Source of the DNA: Candidatus Iainarchaeum sp.
GTDB taxonomy: Archaea; B1Sed10-29; WALL01
DNA length: 64,000 nt
NCBI GenBank assembly: GCA_023129115.1
Contig: JAGMCR010000017.1
Span: forward strand, 18,689 to 82,688
Reading direction: 5' to 3'
Shown here in pieces: positions 46,537-56,178 of this stretch; position 1 is the first letter of the stretch; the number at the start of each line of letters is the position of its first letter. A model generated the notes under the pieces. It saw only the letters and a program-made list of their open reading frames with translations. It was not told the DNA's origin and did no database searches. Both the position numbers and the translations under genes were made by a program.

Positions 46537-47103
46537 ATGTATAATATATTGAACATGCTTGAGAGGTATGCCCTGTTCAAGGCCTTGGAGACAGTATTCA
46601 AAAATCCACAGAAAAAGTTTTCGGTCCGGGGCCTTGGCAAGGAAGCGGGCTTCAGCCCAGGAAGTGCAATGGCTTGCTTCAACTACATGAAGGAAAAGAA
46701 GCTAGTGAAAGTAGCCAAAGTCGGGAGAGCGTTTCAGTTCCACGCAGACCTTGAGAATCCTTTGACGCGTGAGTGGAAAAAGTTGTTTGCGCTTGACTCA
46801 TTAGAGCGGGTTTGGGACGGGATGCTAAAGCAGTTAGGCCCGGGCACAGTTGCAGTTCTTCTTTATGGAAGCATGGCAAAAGGCATTGGTGACGAGAAAA
46901 GCGATTTAGATTTGCTTGTTGTTACCAACAAAAAGAAGAGGGTCTCGTTGTCTGACATTGAAGCAAAACTGAAGAGGGAGATAAACTTGACCATGTATAC
47001 GCCGGGTGAATGGAGGGAAAAAGCAAAAAAAGACAAGGTGTTTTACGAGCAGGTGATACTTGACGCAATTATTTTATTTGGTGAGAAGCCGGTGGTGCTG
47101 TGA
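46537..47103 (+). CDS. nucleotidyltransferase (MNT-like, Pol-beta superfamily) with an N-terminal wHTH
   Basis: LLYGSMAKGIGDEKSDLDLLVV (GS...D.D motif). Confidence 0.75.
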   Translation: MYNILNMLERYALFKALETVFKNPQKKFSVRGLGKEAGFSPGSAMACFNYMKEKKLVKVAKVGRAFQFHADLENPLTREWKKLFALDSLERVWDGMLKQLGPGTVAVLLYGSMAKGIGDEKSDLDLLVVTNKKKRVSLSDIEAKLKREINLTMYTPGEWREKAKKDKVFYEQVILDAIILFGEKPVVL

Positions 47104-47522
47104 ACGTTGAGGAATGCATTCAAGAGGGCTTGCTGCTGCAGGTAAAACCTGATAAAGCTAAAGCGCGGAGGTCTCTTGATTCAGCTAAGCACAAGCTTGA
47201 GAGGGCCAAAGGACTTTTTCAGAAAAAATTCTTTGAAGAGGCAACGGTTGCTGCCTATACTTCAATGTTTCATGCGGCACGCGCACTGTTGTTTAAGGAT
47301 GGACACAAGGAGAGAAGCCATTACGCGCTCTGCATTTATGTCAAAGAAAGATATGGCACTAAAATTGAGATGAAGTATATCCACGAGCTCAACACGCTGA
47401 GGATGCAGAGGCACGACATAATGTACGGCTTGGAAGAAAGGCCTGAAATAATGGAAATCGAAACAGAAAGCGCGATAAGCGTTGCAACCGGGTTCTTGGG
47501 AGCCGTGAAAAAACTTCTTTAG
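47100..47522 (+). CDS. HEPN domain protein (partner of the MNT-like nucleotidyltransferase; HepT/MntA-like toxin-antitoxin pair)
   Basis: R-x(4-6)-H motif (KERSH); GTGA overlap with the NTase gene. Confidence 0.75.
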   Translation: MNVEECIQEGLLLQVKPDKAKARRSLDSAKHKLERAKGLFQKKFFEEATVAAYTSMFHAARALLFKDGHKERSHYALCIYVKERYGTKIEMKYIHELNTLRMQRHDIMYGLEERPEIMEIETESAISVATGFLGAVKKLL

Positions 47523-47568
47523 GAAAAGGCGGCTCCACCCCCGGTGTTTCGCATCAATGTGTTTGGCA

Positions 47569-47636
47569 TACAAAATCGACGACGCGACAATCACGTACTA
47601 CTTAGCGCCGCGCATCGAGACTGCCTAGCGCTTGTT
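47569..47636 (+). repeat. direct repeat copy 4 of the PCNA 3' end sequence
   Basis: acaaaatcgacgacgcgacaatcacgtactact-tagcgccgcgcatcgagactgcctagcgcttgtt. Confidence 0.85.
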
Positions 47637-47689
47637 GAGAACTTGGAGAGCAACAGTTATTATAAACTTTTCACGCTTAACCACTTGTA

Positions 47690-48838
47690 GTGAGCTCAAA
47701 ACTCTTCAAGCACTCTTACTTCCCTTCGTCGCTTATTTTCGGTGAAGTGCTGGCCCTGAACCTTTTCAACTGGTTCGCGGCCCTGTTCCTGATAGACCTG
47801 GGCATGACAGGAATGGAAATTGGTGTCCTGCTCTCTGTCTTTCTGGCCACCGCGTTATTCACCACCCTCCCGTTCGGCTACTTGAGCGACTGCTTCCAGC
47901 TAAAGCGGATGGTCTCGTTTGGGATTGCCTGCCTAATACTCTTCTTCGTCGGCCTAACTTATTTCACTTCTTTCCCAATGCTTTTGGCGTTCTTTTTCGT
48001 GGGCGGCGTCGGCGCCAACCTGTTCAAGACTTCAATACGCGCATTCATCTTCAAGGCACTGGACCACCACAAGGAAGGCTTCGAGCTGGGCATTCTCGAG
48101 TTCGTGAGTGTCTTCGCGACCGCCATCGCTGGCGTTTTCGGTGGCTATTTGCTAATGGGTTTTTCTTTTGGCGACATCTTTCCCATCAGCCTGCTTGTCC
48201 TCGCCATTGTCTTTCTGGCGTCGTTCTTCCTTGACAAGAACGTGCTCCACAAGCCGCGGGTGCGCGAATACCGGGGCGACGTGAGCCACAAGATAGTAAT
48301 AGTCCTCGCAGTCGTCTTCTTCCTTTACTCGTTCCACGGCGCCGCCGACGACATAAGCGCGCCAATCGTCTTCCGCGACGTAATTGGCATGAACATGATT
48401 GAAGTGGGCTACGCCCTCGGCGGGGTGCTCTTTCTTGCGGCCTTGTTCTCGCTTTACTTGGGGAAGCGATTCGACAAGTTCCATCACTTTTCCAAGTGGG
48501 CTCTTTTCTTTGGGTTGCTGCTGTCTTCAGGGGGCCACTTCCTGCTCTCGACAGCCACGTCCTTCCTGGAAGTAATGGCCTACCGGGTTATACACACACT
48601 TGGGGACATCAGTGTCAGCGTCTTCATGCTGACCGAAGTCGCCCACTTATTCTCGAAGAAAAGAATCGGCGGCGACTACTCACTGTTCCTATTTGTTGCG
48701 ATTATTGCTGGCGCAGCCGGGAGACTGGTCATCGGCACAGTCGGGGAAATCATTGGCTACCAGCAAACTTTCTTGATTACCGGCTCACTGACGCTGCTAG
48801 GCGCGCTGATTATCCTAGCCACGCACGAAGAGTTCTAG
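47690..48838 (+). CDS. MFS transporter
   Basis: 382 aa with 10-12 TM segments; start codon uncertain. Confidence 0.65.
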   Translation: MSSKLFKHSYFPSSLIFGEVLALNLFNWFAALFLIDLGMTGMEIGVLLSVFLATALFTTLPFGYLSDCFQLKRMVSFGIACLILFFVGLTYFTSFPMLLAFFFVGGVGANLFKTSIRAFIFKALDHHKEGFELGILEFVSVFATAIAGVFGGYLLMGFSFGDIFPISLLVLAIVFLASFFLDKNVLHKPRVREYRGDVSHKIVIVLAVVFFLYSFHGAADDISAPIVFRDVIGMNMIEVGYALGGVLFLAALFSLYLGKRFDKFHHFSKWALFFGLLLSSGGHFLLSTATSFLEVMAYRVIHTLGDISVSVFMLTEVAHLFSKKRIGGDYSLFLFVAIIAGAAGRLVIGTVGEIIGYQQTFLITGSLTLLGALIILATHEEF

Positions 48839-48847
48839 AGCCGCTTC

Positions 48848-50548
48848 TCACTCGCGCCGGTTGTACCTCTTTTCTATCAGCTCGTCAAGGTGCCTCTTGC
48901 GCACGTACTCTCTCCGCCGGGGGTTCAAAGTAAACTCTTCAATCAACAGGCTGGCGTGCTTCCCGCCGAGGAAGTGCGGCAGAATAACGTAGTCCGCCCC
49001 GGCGTCGTACAGCTCAAGCGCCTCGCTGATTTGCTCGGCCATCACCACGCAAATCGCCTTGCTCCTCACTTCCTTCATCCGGTGCAGCAGCACAAAGTTG
49101 TCCTGCACCGAAGGCACGCTCGAAATCACCAGCGTCGCGTCCTTCAGCCCCACGCGGTCCAGCGTCTCGATGTCGCCCATGTCCCCGTACATGCACTTCT
49201 TCCTTTTCTTCAGCAGCGAATCGATTACCTCGGGGTTAAAGTCAACAATAATCGTTGGGATCTTTAGTTTTTGAAGCCTCTGCGCGACGTCAAACCCAAG
49301 CCGGTGGTACCCAAAAAGCACGGCATGGTCCCGCATTTCTTCGGGCAGGCTAATCTTTTGGTCAATCAATTTCTTGCGCTCGAAAATCTTGAAGTACTTC
49401 CCGATTTTGTTGTAAATCTCGTCGTTGTAGTTAATCATGTACGCCGACCCGGTAATGGTCAAAATCCCCACAAGCGTAACAATCGAGACGATGTCCTGGC
49501 TGACGTGCCCAAGCGCGAACCCAAGCGCAATCAGTATCAATGAAAACTCCGAGATTTGCGCCGAAATCATCCCCGTGAGCAGTGAAGTCCTCTTGCTGTA
49601 CCCCTCGAGCCCCATTATCACCATCACAATCAGCGGGTTCCCGAGCAGCACGAACAGCGACAGAATCACGACGGGCCACAGCAATGCCGTCCCCGTCACA
49701 ACGACCCCCATCCCAAGCGTCACGAAGAACAGCACGATGAAGAAGTCGCGCAGCGACCGGATTTTCCCGATGATGTCCACGTTGTACTTCAGCGTCGCAA
49801 GCGACACGCCCGCAATCAATGTGCCGATGTGCAGCGACAGCCCCATCGCGTCAGTGATGTACGCGAACACGAAGCAGTACGCAAGGCTCGAGATGAACAG
49901 CAATTCGTGCCAATGCGCGATGCGGTCAAAGATATGGTGCAGCGCGTACTTCGTGAACAGGTACGCAACGATGAACAATCCAACGCCCTTGAGCAGCGTC
50001 ATGCCCACGAGCTCGTGGATTGGCAGTTGCCCGGCCAGCCCGGCCATGAAAATCAGTGCGAATATCGCGACGAAGTCCTGCGCCAGCAGTATGCCGAGCG
50101 CGACCTTGCCGTGCAGCGAGTGGAGCTCGTTGTCCTCGGACAGCAGCTTCACAATGATAATCGTGCTGCTGAACGTCAGCGCAATCGCGACGTAAATCGA
50201 CTCCATCAGCCCGAAGCCAATGAGCTGCATTATCATGAACCCCACTGCCGCGGTGATTATGACCTGGGCCATCCCCACCATGGCGGCAATTTTCCCGACT
50301 TCCTTGATTTCGCGTATGCTCAATTCAAGTCCCACGGTAAACAGCAGGAACGCAATCCCGAACTCCGAGAAAATGTCAATCAGCTCGCTGGCACTAATCG
50401 TGTTGAGGAACATTGGCCCTAGGAGGATGCCAGTGATGATGTACGCAAGCAGCGGCGGCTGCTTGAACTTCCTCGCGACGTACGCGAGAACGCTCCCAAG
50501 CGCCAGAATCACGCCAATCTCAAAGAAAAGGTCCACCGGTGCATGCAT
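48848..50548 (-). CDS. CPA2 cation:proton antiporter (Kef-type) with a C-terminal RCK/TrkA-N domain
   Basis: About 12 TM segments, then a Rossmann-like segment AVLFGYHRLGFDVAQRL. Confidence 0.8.
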   Translation of the reverse strand: MHAPVDLFFEIGVILALGSVLAYVARKFKQPPLLAYIITGILLGPMFLNTISASELIDIFSEFGIAFLLFTVGLELSIREIKEVGKIAAMVGMAQVIITAAVGFMIMQLIGFGLMESIYVAIALTFSSTIIIVKLLSEDNELHSLHGKVALGILLAQDFVAIFALIFMAGLAGQLPIHELVGMTLLKGVGLFIVAYLFTKYALHHIFDRIAHWHELLFISSLAYCFVFAYITDAMGLSLHIGTLIAGVSLATLKYNVDIIGKIRSLRDFFIVLFFVTLGMGVVVTGTALLWPVVILSLFVLLGNPLIVMVIMGLEGYSKRTSLLTGMISAQISEFSLILIALGFALGHVSQDIVSIVTLVGILTITGSAYMINYNDEIYNKIGKYFKIFERKKLIDQKISLPEEMRDHAVLFGYHRLGFDVAQRLQKLKIPTIIVDFNPEVIDSLLKKRKKCMYGDMGDIETLDRVGLKDATLVISSVPSVQDNFVLLHRMKEVRSKAICVVMAEQISEALELYDAGADYVILPHFLGGKHASLLIEEFTLNPRRREYVRKRHLDELIEKRYNRRE

Positions 50549-50618
50549 TCAAGGCAATTACGCCGCCTTGCTTAAAAAGGCTTACACCGATTTAAACCGC
50601 GCCGCCCACAAAAAACGC

Positions 50619-51080
50619 ATGGAGCTTGCGGACAAAGAATTATTCCTCAGGTACGCCCTGCCGTGCGGCAGGGTGCTGGTCAAGCGCGGCACAATCACGC
50701 AGGAACAGCTCGACCAGGGCCTCTCAATCGACCCCGCGCTCTTCAAGGTCGGGCTCTTCATGTGCGCGCAGGCCGCCAAGGCGCTCGGCAAAGACTCAAT
50801 CGACCGCGGGGCAATCCGCCAGTACTTCTGGCTCGACCACGACTCGGCCCTGGTCGAGCACGCAAAGACCCACCCGGACATCGACATCAACCTTTGCACT
50901 GTCTGGCCCGCCGAGTACCTCGGCAACAGCCTGGTCCGCATTCCCCCGGGCGAGAGGAAAGTTAATATATCCTACACGCCTAACCTGAAAAAAGGGGATT
51001 ACGCCACGGTGCACTACGACCGCACGTGCGAAGTAATCACCGCCGAAGAGTTCCACCGCTTATGGGAGCTAAAGAAATGA
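50619..51080 (+). CDS. hypothetical protein (153 aa)
   Basis: Internal Met of track ORF 50220-51080; the upstream part is antisense to the antiporter. Confidence 0.4.
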   Translation: MELADKELFLRYALPCGRVLVKRGTITQEQLDQGLSIDPALFKVGLFMCAQAAKALGKDSIDRGAIRQYFWLDHDSALVEHAKTHPDIDINLCTVWPAEYLGNSLVRIPPGERKVNISYTPNLKKGDYATVHYDRTCEVITAEEFHRLWELKK

Positions 51081-52018
51081 AGTATTCCTGGGTCCTCGCG
51101 ACCGCATTCATCTCTGGCTTCGCGATTTTCATGAACGCGTTCAGCGTCGCCAAGTTCGACCCGTTCGTGTTCACCACGCTCAAGAACGCGGTGGTCGCGG
51201 CCGCGCTGCTCGGCACGCTCCTGCTCTTCCGCGACTTCGACTACCTGAAGAAGCTTCCCCTCGAGGCATGGAAAAAGCTGTTCGCCATAGGGCTAGTCGG
51301 CGGCTCGGTGCCGTTTCTGCTGTTCTTCTGGGGCCTCAAGAACTCCTCTGCCGTGACAGCGGCGTTCATCCACAAGACAATGTTCGTCTGGGTATCGCTC
51401 CTCGCGTTTGTTTTCCTCAAGGAGCAATTGACGAGGAAACAGCTGTTGGGAGCGAGCGCCCTGTTGGCGGGTTTGTTCGTGTTCACTGGGACACCAGCAC
51501 TCGCGTTCGGCCTCGGCGAGCTCGCACTCATCGCGGCCACTCTCCTGTGGAGCATCGAGACAATCATCTCCAAGAAAGCGCTCGCCACTGTCAAGCCGAG
51601 AGTCGTCGCGTCCGCGAGAATGGCGTTCGGCCTGCTCGTTCTAATCCCGTTCCTGGCTGTAAATAACCTGTTGGGAGTTGCCTTCGCCCTCACCCCCATG
51701 CACTACGCGTGGGTGCTAGTGACCTCGCTGTTTCTGTTCGGCTATGTCTGGACGTGGTACCACGGCCTCGCACTGGTGAAGGCGAGCGAGGCGACCGCAA
51801 TCCTATTGCTCGGCGCGGTCATAACCACTGCCCTGCAGTGGGCGTTCCTCGCGAAGGAAGTCGAGTTCCTCACGTTCGCCGGCGTAGTTGTGATGCTCGC
51901 CGGCCTCTCGGCCATGACCGGCGTTTCAACAAAATTTCTGGATGCCCTTCGGAATGTGCATAGCAGCCTTTTCCCTTCGGCTTCGCCTCAGGCAAAACCC
52001 TGGGGAAAATTGGAGTGA
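51077..52018 (+). CDS. EamA/DMT family transporter
   Basis: Ten TM segments forming two EamA-like repeats; ATGA overlap with the upstream gene. Confidence 0.7.
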   Translation: MKYSWVLATAFISGFAIFMNAFSVAKFDPFVFTTLKNAVVAAALLGTLLLFRDFDYLKKLPLEAWKKLFAIGLVGGSVPFLLFFWGLKNSSAVTAAFIHKTMFVWVSLLAFVFLKEQLTRKQLLGASALLAGLFVFTGTPALAFGLGELALIAATLLWSIETIISKKALATVKPRVVASARMAFGLLVLIPFLAVNNLLGVAFALTPMHYAWVLVTSLFLFGYVWTWYHGLALVKASEATAILLLGAVITTALQWAFLAKEVEFLTFAGVVVMLAGLSAMTGVSTKFLDALRNVHSSLFPSASPQAKPWGKLE

Positions 52019-52024
52019 TGTGTA

Positions 52025-52243
52025 GTGTGCATTTCGTGCCCAGCCAAAATATTGTCAAAGAGTAATGGCTACGCCGACATCGTGGACGCCCACGGCAGGC
52101 ACCGCCAGGTCAAGTGCCCCATCGACGCCAGCACTGGCGACTTCGTCTTAATCGGAATGGGCTTCGCCATCGAAAAAATCAGTGAAGAAAAATACTCCGA
52201 GCTCGCCGAGGCGCAGAGGGAGGCCGCGAATGCATGCGGGTAG
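52025..52243 (+). CDS. hypC: hydrogenase maturation factor HypC/HupF
   Basis: N-terminal MC(I)S, and GDFVLIGMGFAIEKI near the C-terminus. Confidence 0.75.
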   Translation: MCISCPAKILSKSNGYADIVDAHGRHRQVKCPIDASTGDFVLIGMGFAIEKISEEKYSELAEAQREAANACG

Positions 52244-52391
52244 GGCGTCCGGCTTCGTCCTTCTGTTGATGTTGAGCGTGCTGCTTAGCTTTGTTCCTTT
52301 CGTTTGGGACCTAGGCAGCCCAGTGAAAATCATTGGCGCCGTAATGATTGCAGTCGGCTTCGGCTGGGTAATCAAGGAAGCAGTCAGCTAG
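52230..52391 (+). CDS. small membrane protein (53 aa)
   Basis: Internal Met of ORF 52182-52391 overlapping the hypC stop; two TM helices; weak. Confidence 0.3.
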   Translation: MHAGRASGFVLLLMLSVLLSFVPFVWDLGSPVKIIGAVMIAVGFGWVIKEAVS

Positions 52392-52476
52392 ACGTCAATG
52401 CCAACGCTCGCCGGCGCATGCGCCCAGCTCTAGAACGGGCTAATCCTTTTATACCCTTCCCGCGTTTCTCAACCCA

Positions 52477-53361
52477 ATGATAGAGGCTTTCTTCGCCGCA
52501 CTCCTTGGGATTGGTGCGCTCCTCTGCGGAGTTTATTCCTATTCCCACGACAGGAAAAACCTCTGGTTCCTCGCCGTGCTCCTCTCGACCTCGCTCCTCG
52601 CGCTAACGCAGTGGGAATACGCAGCCGGCTTCTTCCTCCTCCTGTTCGCGTCGCTGTGGGTGAAGAGCTTCTCCCGCTTCATCACCGCATCGATGTTCTC
52701 GGCAATCATGCTATCGTTCTTCTTCCTGAACGTATTCATCAACCACGACGTCGCCTTCCTCCCCGCCGTCGCGGTCGTCTCAGTGTTCAGCCTGTGCTTC
52801 CTCGCCATAATCGCGCTCTTCGAGGACAACCTCCGCAGGTTCCTGTTCTACTCCAACTCAATCCAAATCATTTTCGTCGTGCTTGACCTCGCGGTCGCAA
52901 AAATGCTGGGCAAGCTCGGCGCGCTCGGCACAATCCAAATCTTCAACTACTTCTTCGCGGGCTTCGCGCTCTTCTTCGCAATTGGCGTCCTAGCCATCGG
53001 CAAAACAAAAATCAGCGAGCTCGAGGGCTCGTACTACACCAGCAAGTGGAACGACATCGCCGCCACCATCGCCTGCCTCTCGCTCGCCGGCCTGCCCGCG
53101 TTCAACATGTTCGTCTCTGAATGGGCGCTCTTCACAGCGAGCTACGCCGTGATGCCAATCGTCACAATCCTCGGCATATTCGCCGCGCTCTTATTGTTCG
53201 TCATGTACTACAAATTGGTCTACCGCCTCCTCATCGGCGAAGGCGCCAAGGTACGCATCCCAAGGAGCATCACCGCCATGAACCTCGCGCTCGCCGCGCT
53301 CTGCATAATCCTGGGCGTCCTGCCCACGCTGCAGTTCACGCTGCTGGAGGCGTTAATGTGA
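52477..53361 (+). CDS. membrane subunit of a group-4 [NiFe] hydrogenase (short Mrp-antiporter/NuoL/M/N-like, EchA/MbhH-like)
   Basis: 294 aa with about nine TM segments; first gene of the hydrogenase operon. Confidence 0.55.
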   Translation: MIEAFFAALLGIGALLCGVYSYSHDRKNLWFLAVLLSTSLLALTQWEYAAGFFLLLFASLWVKSFSRFITASMFSAIMLSFFFLNVFINHDVAFLPAVAVVSVFSLCFLAIIALFEDNLRRFLFYSNSIQIIFVVLDLAVAKMLGKLGALGTIQIFNYFFAGFALFFAIGVLAIGKTKISELEGSYYTSKWNDIAATIACLSLAGLPAFNMFVSEWALFTASYAVMPIVTILGIFAALLLFVMYYKLVYRLLIGEGAKVRIPRSITAMNLALAALCIILGVLPTLQFTLLEALM

Positions 53362-53517
53362 CCGGCAAAATCGACCAGTACCTCTGCGGCGAAGACATGG
53401 ACGAGGCACTCGTCCTCCCAAAGCACTACGAGGAATTCTTCGACAAAAGCAAGCTCATGAAAACCCTGCTTGTCCTCACCGCACTATTGCTGATTGGGGG
53501 TGCGGCATGGCTCTGAT
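53359..53517 (+). CDS. small membrane subunit (52 aa, GTG start)
   Basis: C-terminal TM; overlaps both neighbouring genes; weak. Confidence 0.3.
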
Positions 53518-53911
53518 GAAGAAAAGCCCGTGGGTCGCCGTCTACAACGCCAGCTCGTGCAACGGCTGCGACCTCGAAGTCCTCGCCATGCTCACGCCGC
53601 GATACGACATCGAGCGCTTCGGGTGCCTCTGGCGCGACAGCCCCCGCCACGCCGACATCTTATTGGTCACGGGCATCGGCACGAAGCAGAGCGCCAAGCG
53701 CCTGAAGCGAATCTATGACCAGATGGCGAGCCCCAAGTACGTCATTGCAGTGGGCTCGTGCGCCATCAGCGGCGGCGTGTTCAAGGAAGGCCACAACTTC
53801 GCGGGCCCAATCGACAAAATCATTCCAGTGGACGCCTATGTCCCGGGCTGCCCGCCGAGGCCCGAGTCAATAATCCTAGGCGTCGTGAAAGTCCTGGAGA
53901 AGATGAAATGA
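53507..53911 (+). CDS. [NiFe] hydrogenase small subunit (NuoB/EchC-like)
   Basis: Proximal-cluster ligands SCNGCD, GSCA and GCPP. Confidence 0.85.
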   Translation: MALMKKSPWVAVYNASSCNGCDLEVLAMLTPRYDIERFGCLWRDSPRHADILLVTGIGTKQSAKRLKRIYDQMASPKYVIAVGSCAISGGVFKEGHNFAGPIDKIIPVDAYVPGCPPRPESIILGVVKVLEKMK

Positions 53912-54186
53912 AGCGGCTGATAACCATCGCAGGAATCGACGAGGGAAAAGGAGTCCGCTTGGTCTACTTCTATGACTCCAACGGCAAGGTAACCACGACG
54001 GACACTCGCCTCCCCTACAACGGCTCCACCGAATCAATCTCCCCCGACTACCCGAGCGCCGAGTTCTACGAGCGGGAGATACACGACTTCTTCGGGATAA
54101 CCTTCACCGGCTGCCCCAACATCAACAAGCGCCTCTTCAAGGCAGAGGGCGACAAGAAAAAGCCGTTCCTGGGGGCGAGGAAGTGA
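53908..54186 (+). CDS. NuoC/EchD-like hydrogenase subunit (short)
   Basis: EFYEREIHDFFGITFTGCP matches the 30-kDa subunit family motif. Confidence 0.7.
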   Translation: MKRLITIAGIDEGKGVRLVYFYDSNGKVTTTDTRLPYNGSTESISPDYPSAEFYEREIHDFFGITFTGCPNINKRLFKAEGDKKKPFLGARK

Positions 54187-55325
54187 GCGACTACCTCGTG
54201 CCATTCGGGCCGCAGCACCCCGCCATCAAAGAGCCCATTTCTCTCCGGCTGAAGCTGAGCGGCAGCACGGTCGAGGGCGTGGACGCGCAGCTCGGCTACA
54301 TCCACCGCGGCGTCGAAAAAATCTTCGAGCGCGAGAACATCAACAACGCGCTCTACCTCGCCGAGCGCATCTGCGGGATCTGCAGCTACGCCCACGCGAG
54401 CGCGTACACCCGCGCCATGGAGTCCATGATGCACATCCGCGCACCCCCGCGCGTGCAGTACCTCCGCACAATGTTCGCCGAGCTAGAGCGCCTGCACTCC
54501 CACCTATTGTGGGCGGGGTTCATGTGCCACGAAATCGGCTTCGAGACACTGTTCCAGCTCTTCTGGCGCGAGAGGGAACAAATCCTCGACGTGTTCGAGA
54601 GATACACCGGCAACCGCGTGCACCACAGCTACAACAAGCTCGGCACCGTGCGGTACGACATCGAGGACGAGGACTACATCCGCGAGCAGGTCCACAGCAT
54701 CCTCCCCACTGTCAAATCGCTCCGCAGCGAAATCAAGGGCAACGGCGTCGTCGCCGCGCGGTTCAAAAAAGTCGGGCCCGTGACACACAAGCAGGCCATT
54801 GAGTACTGCCTCGTCGGCCCGCCGGCCCGCGCGTGCGGGGTCAAGAACGACATACGCAAGCTCGACCCGTACGAGGCCTACGGAAAAACAAAGTTCAAGC
54901 AGCCCATCTACAAGAGCGGCGACAGCTACGCCCGCACCATGGTGCGGCTCGACGAAATCTTTGAGTCAGTCAAAATCATTGACCAGTGCCTCCGCGACAT
55001 GCCCGCGACAAAAGTCCCGAAGCACTCGCTCAAGGCACTGCCGCAAGGCGAGGGCTACGGCAGGGTCGAGGCGCCGCGCGGCGAGAACTTCCACTACTAC
55101 ATCGTCAAGGACAGCAAAATAACTCGCGCCAAAATCCGCCCACCCACCCTCGCAGTCTTCCCGGCGCTCGAGACCATGATGCTCGGCGCGCACGTGGGCG
55201 ACGTGCCCGTGATAGTCGCGTCCATCGACCCGTGCATCGGGTGCATGGAGCGCATTACTGTGACGAAGGGCCGCCGCACCGAGACCCTGACCGAGCAGGA
55301 GTTCAGGAGGAAGTACTGTGGATAG
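54183..55325 (+). CDS. [NiFe] hydrogenase large subunit (NuoD/EchE-like, group 4)
   Basis: N-terminal Ni-binding RICGICSYAH and C-terminal DPCIGCMER. Confidence 0.9.
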   Translation: MSDYLVPFGPQHPAIKEPISLRLKLSGSTVEGVDAQLGYIHRGVEKIFERENINNALYLAERICGICSYAHASAYTRAMESMMHIRAPPRVQYLRTMFAELERLHSHLLWAGFMCHEIGFETLFQLFWREREQILDVFERYTGNRVHHSYNKLGTVRYDIEDEDYIREQVHSILPTVKSLRSEIKGNGVVAARFKKVGPVTHKQAIEYCLVGPPARACGVKNDIRKLDPYEAYGKTKFKQPIYKSGDSYARTMVRLDEIFESVKIIDQCLRDMPATKVPKHSLKALPQGEGYGRVEAPRGENFHYYIVKDSKITRAKIRPPTLAVFPALETMMLGAHVGDVPVIVASIDPCIGCMERITVTKGRRTETLTEQEFRRKYCG

Positions 55326-56178
55326 CTGGCTCTTCCTCCTGGCCGTTCCATTCCTCGCAATCCTCACAGAGGGATTGTACCGCAAGCTCATCGCGAGGAT
55401 GCAGAACCGCGTGGGGCCTCCCATTGCCCAGCCGCTGTACGACCTGCTGAAATTGTGGGGCAAGAAGCCGCTCCGCAAGGAGAACGACCCGTTCTTCAAG
55501 GCTGCGCCAGTGCTCTACTTCCTCTCGCACTTCGCGCTCTTCCTGTTCGTCCCGCTGTCCATCGTCTCGTTCAGCTACGACTTCATCCTCCTGATTTATC
55601 TCACAATCCTCGGCTCCGCGTTCTTCATTCTTGCTGGCGTGAGCTCTGACTCGCCGTACAGCGTCATCGCCTCCATGAGGGAAATGATTCTCATGGTGGT
55701 CTACGAAATCACGCTCGCCATTATCCTGGTCACGGTGTTCATGGCGTCCGGCGCATTGTCGCTCGCTGGCCTCGATGTTTCTTTCGGCTTCGCCACTTTG
55801 CCGCTGGCTGCGCTCTGCCTGCTCGCGGTCGGGATGGTCGAGATACACGTCACGCCGTTCGACACCGCTAGCGCGAAGGCCGAGATTTTGTCGGGCGTCG
55901 AGGTAGAGTACCCGGGAAAGAAAATGTTTTTCATGAAGTCCACTTCTTACCTCAAGAAGCTCTTCTATTCGCTGCTGTGGCCCACGCTTTTCGTCGGCAC
56001 GGGCAACTGGCTCTTGTTCGGGCTGGGCGCGTTCGGGACGTTTTTTGTGTTCACTTTTTCGCAGGCGACGACGCCGCGCTACCGCGTCGACCAGGCGTTC
56101 GACCGCCTGCTCATAGTGATGGTGATTGCCCTTTTCGAGTTCATCCGCGTCAGCTGGGGGTTTGTATGGGTGTTATAG
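55318..56178 (+). CDS. NuoH/EchB-like integral membrane subunit
   Basis: Eight TM segments and the YRKLIARMQNRVGP motif. Confidence 0.8.
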   Translation: MDSWLFLLAVPFLAILTEGLYRKLIARMQNRVGPPIAQPLYDLLKLWGKKPLRKENDPFFKAAPVLYFLSHFALFLFVPLSIVSFSYDFILLIYLTILGSAFFILAGVSSDSPYSVIASMREMILMVVYEITLAIILVTVFMASGALSLAGLDVSFGFATLPLAALCLLAVGMVEIHVTPFDTASAKAEILSGVEVEYPGKKMFFMKSTSYLKKLFYSLLWPTLFVGTGNWLLFGLGAFGTFFVFTFSQATTPRYRVDQAFDRLLIVMVIALFEFIRVSWGFVWVL

